Shown: positions 29,147 through 38,980 of the stretch, one piece after another
Layout: each line of letters begins with the position of its first letter
Numbering within the stretch: position 1 is the stretch's first letter
Sequence record: SRR31156797_2522
Strand: one strand, 5' to 3'
Length of the DNA: 43,448 bases
Notes under the pieces: generated by a model
What the model was told of the DNA's origin: nothing
What the model saw: the letters and a program-made list of their open reading frames with translations, nothing else
Database searches by the model: none
Translations under genes and position numbers: made by a program

Positions 29147-31975
29147 CTACACGGGCCTCGAGACTTCATCGACCAAATAAAGAATGGATTGGTAAGTAAT
29201 GCCACTGTGATGCGATAAGCCAATCTCGCAGGTTCGGCTATTACTAAACCCTCTGGTACAATCCGCCGGAACTTGTTCTTTTAGTGGGTGAACCGCTGCG
29301 GCATTGAGTTCAGGAGTAGTGAACCCTTTGTCGCCTGCCCAACCACAACATTCAATATGCTCAGGTATAACAACATTACTGACGCACGCTTTGGTCAGCT
29401 TTTCCATATCGGAAGTGAGCCCCATTCGTCGAGAGCTGCAGGTTACATGTAGCATTACGGTTTCTTGCTTAGGTGTAATAGCCAGATGCTCGAGCAAGTA
29501 TTGGCTTACAAACCCAGTAGGTTCGTAGATTTTTAACGGTTTGCTGAAGTGCTCGATACTGCGCTTGGCACATGGGCTGGTATCCATTAGAACTGGATAT
29601 TGACCATGCTGACTGGCTTGCCACAATACTTCTTCCAACTGTTGAGCTTTTTGGTTAGCGATGTCATTCATCCCTTTACTGTCGTAGGGCATTCCGCAAC
29701 ATTGTTGATCCAATGATTTTGGAATGATGACTTCGTAACCGGCTTTATTCAGAACGGACAGTGTCACTTCAGTCAGAGGACGTTGGTCATTGGCATCGGT
29801 TTGTTGGCTCATTGTTCGGCTCGCACATGACGGCAGATAAACGACTTTCTTCTCACGTCGAGGCAAATTACCCGCAGCTTTTTTCAGTGGATATTGGTTT
29901 GCCTGAGGCAGCTCTTCAATCCAAAGCGGCGTTTTGCCTTTCGTTAAGTTGCGTGTCCCGTTAACCAAGGATTTAACCGACTTCTCACCCAATAGATTGG
30001 TTGCCAATTTGTTCGCTTTGAGCGCAGACCGCGTCATAGCGGTCGTCGCTGAGAAGTGTTCCGCAGTCCAGCGAGCAATTGGAGTGAACTTCTGGTACTT
30101 GGCTGTGCGGAGCTTTTTCACTAAATCACCGGTGTTAATACCCACTGGGCATCGGTCAGCGCATAATCCTGTGGCTGCACATGTATCTAGCCCCTGATAC
30201 TCGAAAACCTTATTGAGCTCTTCAGCTGATGTGTCTTCGCCGTTTTTACGTCGGCGTTGCAGCTCGCGGTAGAGAACGATTCGCTGACGAGGGGATAAGG
30301 TTAATGTCCTCGATGGGCAAACCGGTTCACAAAAACCACATTCGATACAGCGGTCGACAAGATCATCCGCTTCTGGCATTAGCTTCAGGTTGCTCAAATG
30401 GGCTTTAGCATCGCTATTGATGATAACGCCTGGATTGAGCAACCCGTTGGGATCAAATAACGCTTTGATCTTTTGCATCAATGCGTAGCCTTCTTTGCCC
30501 CATTCCAACTCAACATAAGGAGCCATGTTTCGACCAGTACCATGTTCGGCTTTTAAAGAGCCTTGATATTTAACGGCAACTAAGTCAGCGACGTCATCCA
30601 TAAATGCGCCGTAACGATCGATCTCTTCTTGGTGATCAAACCCTTGAGTGAATACAAAGTGAAGGTTTCCTTCCAATGCATGACCAAAAATGATGGCTTC
30701 GTTATATTGGTATTTATCGAATAAAGTTTGTAAATCTCGAATACCGTTTGCTAGGTTTTCAACTGGGAAGGCAACATCTTCAATGATGACGGTTGTGCCA
30801 ACTTCTCTAACGGCTCCTACTGCTGGGAACATGCCTTTACGTATTCCCCAAAGCGTAGACACTGTACTTGCATCTGAAGTGAAAGGGATGGACTCGATGA
30901 TGTTGTAGCTTTTGAGTAATTCCATCACTTTGCCACATTGATGCTGAAGTGTTTTGTGGTGGCTGGCGTGGGATTCAATAAGCAGAGCCGCCGCTTCTAA
31001 ATCCAATGATTTAATAAACTCCGGCATACCAGGCTTGTCTGCCACAGAGCGCATGGCTCTGCCATCCATCATTTCGACTGCCGCAACAGGGGATTGTTTT
31101 AATGTGGTCACGGCCTGACTGGCTTGTTCAATATCTGAAAATACCAATAGGGCTGAAGCTTTGTATGAGTGTTCGATGACAGTGTTATAGGTAATTTCAG
31201 CAATAAATCCAAGTGTTCCTTCGGAACCAATGAACAGATGCTTGAGGACATCGATAGGATCTTGATAGTCGACCAGTGCGTTAAGAGAATAACCCGTAGT
31301 ATTTTTTAAACGATACTTGTGTTTGATAAGCTCGCTGAGCACAGTGTTATTGATGGTTTCGCCTCTTAACGATTCCAAACCGAAGATAATGTCGCTACGC
31401 TGCTGCTTAAAATGTTCGACACTATCTTGATCGCTAGTATCGAGAATGCTGCCATCTGCAAACACGATTTTCATATTGTCGACGGTTTGATACGAGTTCT
31501 GAGCCGTTCCACAGCACATGCCACTGGCGTTATTCGCTGCGATTCCGCCGATTTTACAGGTATTAATAGATGCGGGATCAGGGCCAATCTTACGCTGGAA
31601 AGGCACTAAATACTTGTTCGCATCCGCGCCTATGACTCCCGGTTGCAAACTGATTTTGTCGCCTTGATTTAAAATTTGATGGTTACGCCAATCGTCAGTT
31701 AGAGTTATTAATACCGAGTCAGAAACGGCCTGCCCTGACAAACTTGTGCCAGCGGCACGAAAGGTAAAGGGGAGTGACAGCTTTTCGCAGCTTTTAATAG
31801 CGAACACCACTTCATCGAGGTTTTTAAGGCGCAACACGACTTGGGGGATTAAACGATAAAAACTGGCGTCCGTACCATAGGCCAGCCTTTTTGCTTCTTG
31901 GGTAATTATCCGCTCTTCGTCAATGCGTGTCTTCAGAGCCTCAATAAGTTGCTGATAGAGAGTTTTGTTTGTCAT
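29147..31975 (-). CDS. FAD- and Fe-S-binding D-lactate dehydrogenase (Dld-II type)
   Basis: FRAAGTSLSGQ, GSEGTLG, AEHGTG, CIECGFCEPVCP, CCG domains; same operon as lutABC. Confidence 0.9.
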   Translation of the reverse strand: MTNKTLYQQLIEALKTRIDEERIITQEAKRLAYGTDASFYRLIPQVVLRLKNLDEVVFAIKSCEKLSLPFTFRAAGTSLSGQAVSDSVLITLTDDWRNHQILNQGDKISLQPGVIGADANKYLVPFQRKIGPDPASINTCKIGGIAANNASGMCCGTAQNSYQTVDNMKIVFADGSILDTSDQDSVEHFKQQRSDIIFGLESLRGETINNTVLSELIKHKYRLKNTTGYSLNALVDYQDPIDVLKHLFIGSEGTLGFIAEITYNTVIEHSYKASALLVFSDIEQASQAVTTLKQSPVAAVEMMDGRAMRSVADKPGMPEFIKSLDLEAAALLIESHASHHKTLQHQCGKVMELLKSYNIIESIPFTSDASTVSTLWGIRKGMFPAVGAVREVGTTVIIEDVAFPVENLANGIRDLQTLFDKYQYNEAIIFGHALEGNLHFVFTQGFDHQEEIDRYGAFMDDVADLVAVKYQGSLKAEHGTGRNMAPYVELEWGKEGYALMQKIKALFDPNGLLNPGVIINSDAKAHLSNLKLMPEADDLVDRCIECGFCEPVCPSRTLTLSPRQRIVLYRELQRRRKNGEDTSAEELNKVFEYQGLDTCAATGLCADRCPVGINTGDLVKKLRTAKYQKFTPIARWTAEHFSATTAMTRSALKANKLATNLLGEKSVKSLVNGTRNLTKGKTPLWIEELPQANQYPLKKAAGNLPRREKKVVYLPSCASRTMSQQTDANDQRPLTEVTLSVLNKAGYEVIIPKSLDQQCCGMPYDSKGMNDIANQKAQQLEEVLWQASQHGQYPVLMDTSPCAKRSIEHFSKPLKIYEPTGFVSQYLLEHLAITPKQETVMLHVTCSSRRMGLTSDMEKLTKACVSNVVIPEHIECCGWAGDKGFTTPELNAAAVHPLKEQVPADCTRGFSNSRTCEIGLSHHSGITYQSILYLVDEVSRPV

Positions 31976-31992
31976 TTTTAGAATTACTTCCC

Positions 31993-32652
31993 TTACTTAT
32001 CTTGCAAAATCAGAACGATGAGTTCACTTGGACCATGTGCGCCATACGCTAAGGTTTGTTGAATATCTGCCGTTTTGGACGGGCCAGAGATTAATAGTGC
32101 GTTGGTCGGCATATTGGCTGCCCAATTTTGTTGTTCCATAACTTCAAGGAAATGGTTGTACAGCGTTGAAGCTGCCATTACGGCTACATGACAAGGAGGA
32201 ACAAGCGATAGTGTTCTTGGCTCATGCTCGCTTGGCCACAAGACGAGTGCACCAGTATCTGCAATTCCAGCTAAAACGTGTGTGACCCCAACATCAACTT
32301 CGTGAAAAAGCGCGCTTTTCCAATTTTCAATTTCACTGTGGTATTCGATGACATCCAGGTTTTCTAAGCCCTGTTTGAAATGATTGTTCCACTCTCCATC
32401 CGTACCGATAGCGGCTCTGTGCCAGCTTTTTTCTGCAGTTAGAGTTGCGAGGGTTGAACTGATCTCACAACTTTCAATTGGCATCACCTGAGCATGGCTG
32501 GCTTCCAGTGCCTGACAAAAACGCGCCATTTTTTGCTGTTCGCTTTTACTGTTATCAAAACCCCAGGGCTCAAAAGCAATGTCGCTGTTTTTGATCGGGG
32601 TCGTGTTTGCGCTTTTTAGTCTCGCCAGAATATTGTTGCGTGTAGAATTCAT
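31993..32652 (-). CDS. lutC: Lactate utilization protein C (LutC/LldG/YkgG)
   Basis: RTLSLVPPCH, ISGPSKTADIQQTLAYGAHGP. Confidence 0.93.
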   Translation of the reverse strand: MNSTRNNILARLKSANTTPIKNSDIAFEPWGFDNSKSEQQKMARFCQALEASHAQVMPIESCEISSTLATLTAEKSWHRAAIGTDGEWNNHFKQGLENLDVIEYHSEIENWKSALFHEVDVGVTHVLAGIADTGALVLWPSEHEPRTLSLVPPCHVAVMAASTLYNHFLEVMEQQNWAANMPTNALLISGPSKTADIQQTLAYGAHGPSELIVLILQDK

Positions 32653-34097
32653 TATCTGCCCTCACCACTGGTATTGGTTGAGTTTTTCTTCTCCTTCATC
32701 ATTTGATGTAAGGTTTTTGATGCCGGCTTTGGCGCGGTTCGACACTGTGTCCACGCACCCAGTTTGTTCGGAATAAGAGCTTGCATCTTCGCGGTAAGAC
32801 CTGTTGCTGAATGATAGAAAGTGGGATGCGTCGCTGCAAAGGCAAAGCTGTTCATTGCCAGATTTTCAGCACGACTGTGCGCGGCGTTTTGGCCATCCAT
32901 TTCGTTGTTGCCAGATTTGACTTCGTGTTTTGCTTCGCGACGCAGACGCTGCAACAGTTCCGGAATTGGGATTCGAACCGGACACACTTCACTACACGCG
33001 CCACACAAGCTGGAAGCGGTCACCAGATCTTTGGTTGCGTTTAAACCTAGAAGGTGAGGGGAAACAATCTTGCCTATTGGCCCGGGGTAAACCGTACCGT
33101 ATGCGTGGCCGCCAATTTTGGTGTACACGGGGCAATGGTTCATGCAGGCACCGCAACGTATGCATTGCAGTGTTTTACGCATTTCTTCATCTTGATACGC
33201 TTGGCTGCGACCGTTATCCAACAACACCAAATGTACTTCGCGTGGGCCGTCTTTCTCACCCTGCTTACGCGGCGAGGTGATCATATTGAAGTAGGTTGTG
33301 ATCGCCTGACCGGTCGCAGAGCGCGTTAAAGCGCTGTAAAGTGGAGGAACATCCGCAAGGAACTCGACGACTTTTTCAATGCCTGTAATCGCAATGTGAA
33401 CGTTAGGAATGGTGGTCGACATACGACCATTACCCTCGTTTTCCACCAGACAAAGGGTGCCTGTTTCAGCAACGGCGAAGTTAACGCCTGACAGGCCGAT
33501 ATCCGCATCGTGAAATTTCTGGCGCAGGCGGGTACGTCCGGTTTGGATCAGTTCATCGACGTCTAGGGTTGGGGTAAAGCCGTCTAAGTTGTGTTCGAAA
33601 GTGTCACTTACTTCCTGTTTATTTTTATGGATAGCAGGCATGATGATATGAGAAGGTTTATCGCCATCGAGCTGAACAATGTATTCACCCATGTCGCTTT
33701 CCAGACATTCAATCCCGAGTTTTGCCATTTCATGGTTCATCTCGATCTCTTCGCTGACCATCGATTTACCCTTGATGATCATTTGAGCCTGATGGCGTTG
33801 AGCAATATCAGCAATGATGCTGTTGGCTTGCGCTGGATTTTCTGCCCAGTGGACATTAATACCGTTTTGGGTGCACTGTTGTTCGAGCTGTTCAAGAAGT
33901 GTTGGCAGTTTACTCAGGCAACGCTGGCGTATTGCTTCTGCTAAATCACGAATGGCTTGCTCTTCTTTGGCATCTGCAAATGCGGTTTTGCGTTTATCTC
34001 TGAGATAGTCCATTGCACCACGAAAATTGGCGCGTAATTGCGGGTCCTCGAGTGCGGTTTTTGCCTGACCGTGAAACTGTTGCGGAGACTGAGTCAT
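32652..34097 (-). CDS. lutB: L-lactate oxidation Fe-S protein (LutB/LldF/YkgF)
   Basis: KGKSMVSEEI, PSHIIMPAIH, ENEGNGR, CIRCGACMNHCP. Confidence 0.95.
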   Translation of the reverse strand: MTQSPQQFHGQAKTALEDPQLRANFRGAMDYLRDKRKTAFADAKEEQAIRDLAEAIRQRCLSKLPTLLEQLEQQCTQNGINVHWAENPAQANSIIADIAQRHQAQMIIKGKSMVSEEIEMNHEMAKLGIECLESDMGEYIVQLDGDKPSHIIMPAIHKNKQEVSDTFEHNLDGFTPTLDVDELIQTGRTRLRQKFHDADIGLSGVNFAVAETGTLCLVENEGNGRMSTTIPNVHIAITGIEKVVEFLADVPPLYSALTRSATGQAITTYFNMITSPRKQGEKDGPREVHLVLLDNGRSQAYQDEEMRKTLQCIRCGACMNHCPVYTKIGGHAYGTVYPGPIGKIVSPHLLGLNATKDLVTASSLCGACSEVCPVRIPIPELLQRLRREAKHEVKSGNNEMDGQNAAHSRAENLAMNSFAFAATHPTFYHSATGLTAKMQALIPNKLGAWTQCRTAPKPASKTLHQMMKEKKNSTNTSGEGR

Positions 34098-34852
34098 GAT
34101 TGCACTCCTTGCGTACGTTCAAGCAGAAAGCTTGCTAGATGACGACCTTGTAGTTGTTTCCCCTGATATTCGAGAGCGCCATTAATATTGAGCAGGCAGC
34201 CCCAGTCAGCACTCACCAAAGTTTCCGCTTTGGTTTGAGCAATATGGTGCGTTTTATCTTCTACCATCGCTTGAGAAATATTAGGGTGACGTACCGAGAA
34301 CGTGCCGCCAAATCCACAGCATTCACTTTCGTAATCCTGCATACGAAGTTCGACACCTTCGAGCTGGCTAAGCAGTTCCGTCGCAGTGACATGGACGTTC
34401 ATTTCACGACGCGCCGCGCAGGAGGTATGCATCACGACTGAAGTCAATTCTCCGTTATCGGTTAGCTTCACTCGGCACACATTGACTAAGAATTCTGTGA
34501 GTTCGAACACTCGGTCGCAGAACGCATCAACGTGTAGCTGCTCTGGGTCATCTTTGAACAAACGTCGATAGTGATGGTGCATCATTCCGCCGCAAGAACC
34601 TGATAAGACGATGACGGGATACGATTCTGGAAACAGTGCCATTTGGCTTAGCGCGACTTTCTTTGCTTGATCGTCATAGCCTGATGTGTAGGCGGGTTGA
34701 CCGCAACAGGTCTGTTTTTCGACAAAGATAACTTCAATGTTTTGTTGCTCAAGGAGTGTAATTGCATCTAATCCTGCTTGAGGATCAAATAAATCCACCA
34801 GACATGTGGCGTAGAAATACACTTTTCGTGGTTTTGCAGGGTAGATACGCAT
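34094..34852 (-). CDS. lutA: L-lactate dehydrogenase CCG-domain subunit (LutA/LldE/YkgE)
   Basis: TCLVD, QTCCGQP, SGSC, CCGFGGTFS. Confidence 0.94.
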   Translation of the reverse strand: MRIYPAKPRKVYFYATCLVDLFDPQAGLDAITLLEQQNIEVIFVEKQTCCGQPAYTSGYDDQAKKVALSQMALFPESYPVIVLSGSCGGMMHHHYRRLFKDDPEQLHVDAFCDRVFELTEFLVNVCRVKLTDNGELTSVVMHTSCAARREMNVHVTATELLSQLEGVELRMQDYESECCGFGGTFSVRHPNISQAMVEDKTHHIAQTKAETLVSADWGCLLNINGALEYQGKQLQGRHLASFLLERTQGVQS

Positions 34853-34929
34853 TGCTTCTCCTAAAGGGAGTATTGTAATTGTTATGTTAATTAAATGTGA
34901 ATCTAACCCTTTCCTTTTTCTTGATATAG

Positions 34930-34954
34930 GGAAATAATGAAATTCATTATTTCC
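34930..34954. promoter_or_regulatory. 25-bp palindrome in the lutA/LysR divergent promoter (Fur-box-like and/or LysR site)
   Basis: GGAAATAATGAA-A-TTCATTATTTCC; the central 19-mer matches GATAATGATAATCATTATC at 15/19. Confidence 0.6.
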
Positions 34955-34971
34955 AAAAATGACATAATAAG

Positions 34972-35871
34972 ATGCGTGCAGATGATCTGATTTTGTTTTC
35001 CCAAGTGGTGGAATTTGGCAGTTTTAGCAAGGTGGCGGAACAAAATAACCTTACAAATTCAGTAGTTAGTAAAAGAATAGCGCGTTTGGAAGAAGAATTA
35101 AGTGTACAGCTATTATATCGAACAACGCGTAAATTGACGCTGACTGAGGCGGGTAAGGCGCTGATGTCGAGTGCCAAAAATGTGAAGCAAGCCACTCAGG
35201 AAGCGATGGATGCGGTCGCCGGTTTCGGTGAAAACATCAGTGGCCATATTAAGATGTCAGTCCCTTCTATTTCCGGTGACTTGATATTGGCTGATGCGGT
35301 TGCGGAGTTTTGTAACCAGCACCCCGGATTAACGGTTGATATGTCGTTAGATAATCGATTTGTTGATTTGGTCGAAGGTGGGTTTGATCTGGTTATTCGC
35401 ACGGGTTACCTAGATGATTCAAGTTTGATCGCCCGTCATATTCTGGATTCACAATGGGTGGTGTGTGCTTCCCCTTCTTACATAGCGCGAAACGGTAAGC
35501 CACTTAAACCGGAAGATTTAGTCAACCATAATTGCTTGCAATACGCTTACCAAACGACCGGAGCTAGTGATTGGGAGTTCAAGGGCTCGAAAGGAAATTA
35601 CATTGTGAAAGTTTCTGGTACCTTTTCTACCGATAACGCAACCGCATTACGTAAAGCGGCGTTAGGCGGACACGGTATAGCGTATGTGCCAAGATGTTTG
35701 GTTTACCATGATTTTCGCAATGGTGAGCTAGTCGATATATTTCCAGAGCTGGTGGGCAAGAAGTTAGGCATTTACGCGGTTTACCCATTTACGCGTCAGC
35801 CGCCAAATAAGGTTCGCCTGCTCATTGAGCATATTCGAACCCGATACTTGGCGATTTCTCACTATTTTTAG
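34972..35871 (+). CDS. LysR family regulator (CrgA-like), probable lactate operon regulator
   Basis: GSFSKVA..SVVSKRIARLEEELSVQLLYRTTR, DLVEGGFDLVIR; divergent from lutA. Confidence 0.94.
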   Translation: MRADDLILFSQVVEFGSFSKVAEQNNLTNSVVSKRIARLEEELSVQLLYRTTRKLTLTEAGKALMSSAKNVKQATQEAMDAVAGFGENISGHIKMSVPSISGDLILADAVAEFCNQHPGLTVDMSLDNRFVDLVEGGFDLVIRTGYLDDSSLIARHILDSQWVVCASPSYIARNGKPLKPEDLVNHNCLQYAYQTTGASDWEFKGSKGNYIVKVSGTFSTDNATALRKAALGGHGIAYVPRCLVYHDFRNGELVDIFPELVGKKLGIYAVYPFTRQPPNKVRLLIEHIRTRYLAISHYF

Positions 35872-36362
35872 TTGAGCGTCGGTGTTTCTAACGAAAGACC
35901 ATAGGAGCGTTTTAGCTGGGTGAAATAGAGATGTGCCTTTTCAATGTTTTGATAAACTAATTGCCAATTCGCGTCTCTTTGTGCCAGACAAAAAGCGCTC
36001 AAATGAAGCAGTAGATCGGTACTGTGTTTATCCAAAACGGAAGAAATGGTGGTAATCAGATCGTTGTTTTCAATCGATAGGAACTGCAATAAGCCATACG
36101 CCTGATTAAGTGCTTCAAAAGCGCGTTGTTGTTGACCCATATTATTTAGGATTTCTGCCTGTTGAATGGCGGCATCATGCAAGCCTGAAATTAGGCAAAT
36201 GAGCTGACAAGGTTTGGCATCTGGATCATTGGCCGTTGTTTGGATATGGCTGGGTAAGTTTTGCAGAACATCATCAAACAGATAGTGGGCTTGAGGCCAG
36301 TGGCCATTTTTAAGAAGTTCTTCTGCTTTGGTGTAGCTTGACCAGCATTGTTGTAAGTTCAT
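35868..36362 (-). CDS. Hypothetical all-helical (TPR-like) protein
   Basis: 164 aa ORF with AGGA SD, amphipathic helices, 4-nt convergent overlap with the LysR stop. Confidence 0.8.
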   Translation of the reverse strand: MNLQQCWSSYTKAEELLKNGHWPQAHYLFDDVLQNLPSHIQTTANDPDAKPCQLICLISGLHDAAIQQAEILNNMGQQQRAFEALNQAYGLLQFLSIENNDLITTISSVLDKHSTDLLLHLSAFCLAQRDANWQLVYQNIEKAHLYFTQLKRSYGLSLETPTLN

Positions 36363-36398
36363 TCATCAATCCTATTACCGAATCTAACAGTATTTAAA

Positions 36399-36435
36399 TG
36401 CAATTAATTATTAATTGCAAATGGTTATCATTAAT
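36399..36435. promoter_or_regulatory. Putative Fur box with an adjoining palindrome
   Basis: GCAAATGGTTATCATTAAT (36417-36435; core AATGATAACCATT on the minus strand), overlapping TGCAATTAAT-T-ATTAATTGCA (36399-36419). Confidence 0.6.
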
Positions 36436-36564
36436 AACTGCTATATAAATTGGCTATTATTTGTCCGCTTGCATGGTAAAGGGGGCTAAATCACTAAAAA
36501 GTCAAAGCTTTATGGCTAGACTTGAGTTACAAAAGAATAATTATATGAGCGAAGGAGTGGAGTT

Positions 36565-38925
36565 ATGGCTATTCAGCAACTGAGTGTAGAAGAGCTTTAC
36601 CACGTAGCAAAGCTAGATAAATTGCCTTGTAAATCCACCAAAGAACTGCCGCCTATCGATGAGATTGTAGGTCAGGAAAGAGCGCAAAAAGCGGTTGAGT
36701 TCGCGATGTCGATTAAAGAGAAGGGATACAATATTTACGCTATCGGTCGTAATGGTCTTGGCAAGCGTACCATGATCCTTCGTTACCTTAGTCGCCACAA
36801 GCATGACACCGATAATCTGTGTGATTGGTGTTATGTTGCCAATTTTGATGATATCCGTACTCCACGTGTTTTAAAGCTGCCTCGAGGTATTGGTACTGCA
36901 TTTCGTCAAGATATTGAAAAGTTGATGACCAAACTGGTCAACGGTATGCCTTTAGCGTTTGATAATGAGCTTTATATCGGACGTGCCGAAAAACTTAAAA
37001 ACCAGCTCGATCAAAAACAGCAGAGTGAGCTGGAAAATATCACTCGAGAAGCGAAGGAAAAAGGTGTGAGTCTGACTGTGACTCCACACGGCGAGTATCA
37101 GTTCGTTGCGATGAACGGCGAAGAGATGCATACCGAAGAAACATTCGATGCGTTGAGTAAAAAAGAACAAGAATACTTTGGCAAAACCATTGATGATCTG
37201 GAAGTTGCATTGCGTAACATGGCTCGCCATTTAACAGAGTGGGAAGAGTCGTACAGCGAAAAAATTAAAAAACTCAATGATGAAGTGACGCTGGATGTGG
37301 TTGCTCATTTTATTAAGCAGCTCAAACAAGATTACTCGCAATATTCTGAAGTAAAAAACTATCTGACCGAGCTGCAAAAAGACATCCTGGAAAACGTTGA
37401 TATTTTCCTTGAGGGGGTTGGTGAACAGGGTGAAATAGCGACGGCTGCTCTCGATAAAAAACTCCCACGTCGTTACAAAATCAACGTACTGGTGAGTCGA
37501 AAGACAGATGATTTTCCCATCGTTGTTGAAGAAAATCCTAACTATCACTCACTGTTTGGTCATGTTGAAACAGCAACTTATAAAGGTACTGTGTTTACCG
37601 ATTTTTCATTAATTCGTCCCGGCAGTTTGCATAAAGCGAATGGTGGCGTGTTGATGATGGATGCGATTAAAGTGCTTGAGCAGCCCTACGTATGGGATGG
37701 CTTAAAACGTGCTTTACGTTCGCGTCAAATCAGTTTCACCTCGCTGGAAAAAGAAGTGACCTTAACGGGCGCGGTTTCACTCGATCCTGAGCCAATCCCT
37801 CTGGATGTGAAAATTATCCTATTTGGTGACTATCGGACCTACGAGCTACTCGCGCATTACGACCCTGAGTTTAGTGAGCTGTTCCGCGTTACGGCGGATT
37901 TTGAAGATGAGATGAAACGAACCGATGATTCTGAACTTCATTACGCGCGTTTTATCTCCAGCATCGTCCACGATAACAATATGCTGCATTGTGACCGCAA
38001 AGCACTGTCGCGCATTATTGAACACAGTTCGAGAATGGCGGGTGACCAGTCTAAGCTTTCACTGCATTCTGCTCATATTGCCAACTTATTGCGTGAATCG
38101 AACTACGTAGCGAGACAGGCAAACTCTAACATGATTCGTCAAAGTCATGTCGATGAAGCACTGAATAACCAGCAAATGCGGGTGAATCGCCTTCAAGAAA
38201 GTGTCATGGAAACATTCTCTAACGGCACAACCTTAATTCAAACAGAAGGCTCTGCTATTGGTCAGGTTAATGCGCTTTCTGTGCTGGCAACCAAAGATCA
38301 TATGTTTGGTGCGCCTAACCGCATTACCGCAACGACGTCCTACGGGGATGGTGAGATCATTGATATCGAACGCAGCGTAGATTTAGGCGGCAGTATTCAC
38401 TCTAAAGGGGTGATGATACTTTCTGCTTACTTGAACTCTGTGTTTGGTCGTACAGCACGTGTGCCGTTGACGACAACGATTACCTTCGAGCAATCTTATG
38501 GTGGTGTTGATGGTGATAGTGCCAGTATGGCTGAGTTCTGCGCGATAGTGTCTGCCTTTTCAAAACAACCGAATAGGCAGGATATTGCGATTACTGGATC
38601 CATGAACCAGTTTGGTGAATCTCAACCGATTGGTGGTGTGAACGAGAAAATTGAAGGCTTTTTTGATGTATGTTGCATCAAAGGGCGTAATAACACTCAG
38701 GGCGTTATTATCCCGCAGGCGAACAAACATAACCTGATGTTGAGGGCTGATATTGTCAAAGCGGTTGAAAAGGGTGAATTTCATCTCTGGGCGATTAGCC
38801 ATGTCTCTGAAGCGATCTCGATCTTCACTGGTAAAGAAGTGGGGGTTGCAACGGAAGATGGTAGCTACCCGGTTGATACCATTTACGGTTTAGCACAAGC
38901 GAAACTGAACGCGTTACGTAAGTAA
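36565..38925 (+). CDS. Lon-like S16 protease, LonC-type (AAA-like domain with coiled-coil insertions)
   Basis: Ser-Lys dyad VDGDSAS...IGGVNEKIEGF; GSLHKANGG; degenerate Walker motifs GRNGLGKRT and VLMMDA. Confidence 0.92.
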   Translation: MAIQQLSVEELYHVAKLDKLPCKSTKELPPIDEIVGQERAQKAVEFAMSIKEKGYNIYAIGRNGLGKRTMILRYLSRHKHDTDNLCDWCYVANFDDIRTPRVLKLPRGIGTAFRQDIEKLMTKLVNGMPLAFDNELYIGRAEKLKNQLDQKQQSELENITREAKEKGVSLTVTPHGEYQFVAMNGEEMHTEETFDALSKKEQEYFGKTIDDLEVALRNMARHLTEWEESYSEKIKKLNDEVTLDVVAHFIKQLKQDYSQYSEVKNYLTELQKDILENVDIFLEGVGEQGEIATAALDKKLPRRYKINVLVSRKTDDFPIVVEENPNYHSLFGHVETATYKGTVFTDFSLIRPGSLHKANGGVLMMDAIKVLEQPYVWDGLKRALRSRQISFTSLEKEVTLTGAVSLDPEPIPLDVKIILFGDYRTYELLAHYDPEFSELFRVTADFEDEMKRTDDSELHYARFISSIVHDNNMLHCDRKALSRIIEHSSRMAGDQSKLSLHSAHIANLLRESNYVARQANSNMIRQSHVDEALNNQQMRVNRLQESVMETFSNGTTLIQTEGSAIGQVNALSVLATKDHMFGAPNRITATTSYGDGEIIDIERSVDLGGSIHSKGVMILSAYLNSVFGRTARVPLTTTITFEQSYGGVDGDSASMAEFCAIVSAFSKQPNRQDIAITGSMNQFGESQPIGGVNEKIEGFFDVCCIKGRNNTQGVIIPQANKHNLMLRADIVKAVEKGEFHLWAISHVSEAISIFTGKEVGVATEDGSYPVDTIYGLAQAKLNALRK

Positions 38926-38937
38926 TTCTTTGAAAGA

Positions 38938-38968
38938 ATAAAGGCTCTCCTCGGAGAGCCTTTGTTTT
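38938..38968. terminator. Bidirectional intrinsic terminator
   Basis: AAAGGCTCTC-ctcg-GAGAGCCTTT followed by GTTTT, between convergent genes. Confidence 0.88.
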
Positions 38969-38980
38969 ATAGCGATTCGA

